Source of the DNA: Campylobacteraceae bacterium | GTDB lineage: Bacteria; Campylobacterota; Campylobacteria; Campylobacterales; Sulfurovaceae | NCBI GenBank assembly: GCA_026985655.1 | Contig: JALSQB010000080.1 | Coordinates: 1 to 40,827, forward strand | DNA length: 40,827 bases | Reading direction: 5' to 3' | Shown: positions 37,802-40,827 of the stretch, one piece after another | Position numbering within the stretch: position 1 is the first letter of the stretch | Layout: each line of letters begins with the position of its first letter | The notes under the pieces: generated by a model | Database searches by the model: none | Told to the model about the DNA's origin: nothing | What the model saw: the letters and a program-made list of their open reading frames with translations, nothing else | Program-made: the position numbers and the translations under genes

Positions 37802-39625
37802 ATGCAAGATGTAGTAGCGTGGCTAAAAGAAAATGGCAATTTAAAAGTCATAGATGAACCTTTAGATGTAGAACTTGAAATCCCTCATATTGCTTATGTT
37901 GAAGTAAAGAAAGAGGACTCTCGCCCTATTCTCTTCACTCAACCCATTAATAAAGCAAAAAATATCAACTATGATATGCCTGTTCTTATGAATATTTTTG
38001 CGAATAAAGCACTCACTGAAAAAATATTTGACAAACATCCCGACAAAGTAGCCCAAGGTATTGACAAACTTTTAAAACTTAAACCACCTGCTGGTTTTCT
38101 TGATAAATTAAAAATGTTACCTGAACTTTTTGCACTTAAAAATGTTTTTCCTAAACGTGCTAACATAAGAGGTGCGTGTCAAGAGATTATTATTCCTAAA
38201 GACGAAATAGACTTAAACAAACTCCCTATTTTAAAAACGTGGGAAGAAGATGGTGGAGCATTCATTACTATGGGTCAAGTCTATACCCAAAGCCTAGATG
38301 GGCAGATGCAAAACTTAGGAATGTACCGTCTTCAACAATATGACAAAAATCACTTAGGAATGCACTGGCAAATACATAAAGATGCTTCTCACTTCTTTGA
38401 CCAATACCAAAAAGCAGGAAAAAAAATGCCTGTTACTGTTGCCATTGGAGGTGACCCTCTCTACATTTGGTGTGGTCAAGCGCCCATGCCTCATGGAATG
38501 TTTGAGATGCTTCTTTACGGTTTTGTACGAGGTAAAAATGCCCAACTGGTTAAATCAATGACCAATGATATTTACATTCCAAGAGATGTCGATATTGTCA
38601 TAGAAGGTTTTGTGGACCCCGAAAAAATGGAAATAGAAGGACCATTTGGTGACCATACTGGCTACTATACGCTAAAAGAGCCTTACCCTGTCATGGAAAT
38701 AGAAACCATTACCATGAAAGAAAAACCAGTTTTTCAAGCCACCGTAGTTGGAAAACCCCCACTTGAAGACAAATACATGGGTTGGGCAACAGAACGTATT
38801 TTCCTTCCAATGCTCAAACCTATGGCTCCTGACCTCATAGACTACTATATGCCTGAAAATGGTGTTTTTCATAACCTAATCCTAGGAAAGATGAAAACCC
38901 TCTACAAAGGTCACGCACAGCAATTTATGCACGCTTTTTGGGGTGTGGGTCAAATGTCTTTTGTCAAACATGCTATTTTTGTCAATGAAGATGCCCCAGA
39001 ACTCTGCGATGATATTGCCATTACCAAGTACATCTTAAACCGACTAGATCCTAAAAAAGTTCTCATTACCCAAGGGATTATTGATGCCCTTGACCACACA
39101 GCTGATGAAGCTTTAGTTGGGGGAAAACTAGGCGTTGATGCTACTGATAAAGAGCTCAAAAATGGTATTGAAAATTTCATTGAAGACAAAATTTTACTTG
39201 AAAAGATGCAAGAGATAGATGGTAATATATTAGAACTCAAACAGTATTTTACCGACACGAAAAACCCTATTTGTCTAATAATGGTAAATAAAGTACAATC
39301 AATGCAAAATGTCATAAGCAAACTCAAAGCACTTCAAAAACATATCAAACTTTTGATTATAGTCGATAAAGCCAACAACCAAATTGACAATCCCTACATG
39401 CTACTATGGCGTGTGGTAAACAACATTGACGCACAAAGAGATGTTGTTCTTGAACCGTTCATTGCCGTAGATGGGACAAACAAATCACAACTAGATGGCT
39501 TTAACCGAGAATGGCCAAAAGACACTCTATGTAGTAAAGAGGTACTTGACTCACTACAAGAGCGTGGCTTAATAGATATTGATGAAGCGTTTATTAAGAG
39601 GTTTGGGCTTTTGGGATTTGAGTAA
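37802..39625 (+). CDS. UbiD-family menaquinone biosynthesis decarboxylase (futalosine pathway type)
   Basis: DGGAFIT, NLGMYR, EGPFGDHTGYY, VGKPPLED, DALDH; duplicated C-terminal domain. Confidence 0.9.
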   Translation: MQDVVAWLKENGNLKVIDEPLDVELEIPHIAYVEVKKEDSRPILFTQPINKAKNINYDMPVLMNIFANKALTEKIFDKHPDKVAQGIDKLLKLKPPAGFLDKLKMLPELFALKNVFPKRANIRGACQEIIIPKDEIDLNKLPILKTWEEDGGAFITMGQVYTQSLDGQMQNLGMYRLQQYDKNHLGMHWQIHKDASHFFDQYQKAGKKMPVTVAIGGDPLYIWCGQAPMPHGMFEMLLYGFVRGKNAQLVKSMTNDIYIPRDVDIVIEGFVDPEKMEIEGPFGDHTGYYTLKEPYPVMEIETITMKEKPVFQATVVGKPPLEDKYMGWATERIFLPMLKPMAPDLIDYYMPENGVFHNLILGKMKTLYKGHAQQFMHAFWGVGQMSFVKHAIFVNEDAPELCDDIAITKYILNRLDPKKVLITQGIIDALDHTADEALVGGKLGVDATDKELKNGIENFIEDKILLEKMQEIDGNILELKQYFTDTKNPICLIMVNKVQSMQNVISKLKALQKHIKLLIIVDKANNQIDNPYMLLWRVVNNIDAQRDVVLEPFIAVDGTNKSQLDGFNREWPKDTLCSKEVLDSLQERGLIDIDEAFIKRFGLLGFE

Positions 39626-39659
39626 TTTTTTCTTTTTTTCCATAAACATCTCTTAGTAA

Positions 39660-39697
39660 AAAGAGTAGGATATTTTATCCTTTTCATCTTACTCTTT
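39660..39697. terminator. Probable bidirectional terminator between the convergent ubiD-like and ribBA genes
   Basis: AAAGAGTA...TACTCTTT enclosing GGATA-ttt-TATCC. Confidence 0.5.
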
Positions 39698-39709
39698 AAT
39701 TTAATAAGC

Positions 39710-40747
39710 TTAAGAACTTGTCTCTATCTTTTCTACTACATTTAGCCCAAAACCTGCTAAACCAATAAATTCTGTCTCTTTGTTAGAGGTGAGTAGTTTA
39801 ATGTTTTCAATGCCTAAATCTTTTAATATTTGAGCCCCTACACCATACTCTTTGGCTTGTTCTTTAGAAATGGTCATGGTATCTAAAAAGACACAAACTC
39901 CTCCATTGAGTTTTAAATAGTCCAAAGAAGAGGTAATGAGTTCAAAACGTTTTTGATTTAAGAGTAAATCAACATCAGTTCCAATATTGTGAAACTTTAC
40001 ATTTTCAGTTTCATGCGTGGTGTAAAACTGTATTACTTTATGCACACGTCCCAAGTGGTCTTTATAAGAAATTTGCGTAACTTTAGTGTCTAAAACTTCA
40101 ATCTCCTCTTCAGCGATTCGTTTGACTAGCTGTTCATTGGCTAAACGATACTCTACCAAATCTGAAATGTAAACAATGGGCATATTATGCTTTTTAGAAA
40201 AAATTTCCAAGTCATCATGCCGTGCCATTGTTCCGTCATCTTTAATAATTTCACAAATCACACCAATGGGTGCTAGACCTGCTAATTTACAAATATCTAC
40301 CGAACCTTCCGTGTGACCTGTACGCACCAACACACCACCATCTTTAGCAATCAAAGGGAAAATATGCCCAGGTCGTACAAAGTCAGAAGCCTTGGTTAAA
40401 GGGTTTGCTAGTTTAGAGATACAATCATCTCGTTCAAGAGCTGAAATACCTGTATCAGCACTGGTTGAATCAATAGAAACGGTAAAAGCTGTTTCATGGT
40501 TAGAGATGTTATTGCTCACCATAGGAACAAGTTCTAATTCAAGGGCTAACTCTTTAGGCAAAGGCGTACAAATAAGCCCTCGTGCCTCTTTTGCCATAAA
40601 ATTTACCATATCTGGTGTTGAGTGAGTCGCAGCATAAACCAAGTCACCCTCATTTTCTCTGTCTTCATCGTCCATCATGATGACCATGCGACCTTTTTTA
40701 ATCTCTTGTATTGCTATTTCTACTCGTTTTAATGCTTCTTCTGACAT
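39710..40747 (-). CDS. ribBA: 3,4-dihydroxy-2-butanone 4-phosphate synthase fused to a degenerate GTP cyclohydrolase II domain
   Basis: DDEDRENEGD, TAFTVSID, RPGHIFPL, RTGHTEG. The C-terminal domain keeps YGVGAQIL but lacks the zinc-binding Cys motif. Confidence 0.92.
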   Translation of the reverse strand: MSEEALKRVEIAIQEIKKGRMVIMMDDEDRENEGDLVYAATHSTPDMVNFMAKEARGLICTPLPKELALELELVPMVSNNISNHETAFTVSIDSTSADTGISALERDDCISKLANPLTKASDFVRPGHIFPLIAKDGGVLVRTGHTEGSVDICKLAGLAPIGVICEIIKDDGTMARHDDLEIFSKKHNMPIVYISDLVEYRLANEQLVKRIAEEEIEVLDTKVTQISYKDHLGRVHKVIQFYTTHETENVKFHNIGTDVDLLLNQKRFELITSSLDYLKLNGGVCVFLDTMTISKEQAKEYGVGAQILKDLGIENIKLLTSNKETEFIGLAGFGLNVVEKIETSS

Positions 40748-40827
40748 ACGCTTTATTTCCTTAATTTACTACATAATAATTTATCACGAATTATGCCATA
40801 GATATTTTACAAAGAGTTGTCAAAAGA

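Noticed and set aside
39710-40747. ribBA as a pseudogene because the cyclohydrolase Cys residues are missing
   Set aside because: The frame is intact, and RibB fused to a degenerate GCH II domain is a known arrangement in this phylum.

Overview
AT-rich chromosomal segment of a Campylobacterota (epsilonproteobacterial) genome, most like Sulfurovum or its relatives. This assignment is inferred from protein similarity, TGnTATAAT promoters and gene order (folD-lepB-rpiB, queH-fabZ-lpxA-clpX-mreB-mreC, ppiD-ftsA-ftsZ). Most of the window is housekeeping: hisG, coaX, nspC, sulP, tRNA-Ser(GCT), plsC, era, tamAB, proA, dedA, an ABC-F ATPase, bioA, a UbiD-family decarboxylase and ribBA. Five things stand out. 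(1) Between dedA and the ABC-F gene is what looks like an integrase-less integron remnant: a long hairpin, an attI-like site, and two cassette-like genes (tautomerase-fold and Fic), each followed by a shared 22-bp attC-like left arm. (2) A ZorAB-like MotA/MotB pair plus a 46-aa basic ORF missed by the ORF track is coupled to mreBC. (3) queH apparently starts at a non-canonical ATC codon. (4) A BrnTA toxin-antitoxin module heads the coaX-hisG operon, with a consensus promoter, an operator palindrome and flanking GTAG-type REP-like motifs. (5) Next to the tRNA lie a ClpP-like protease, a front-end-type desaturase and a DUF4395 protein with a Cys-rich tail. All calls were made by eye; no searches were run.
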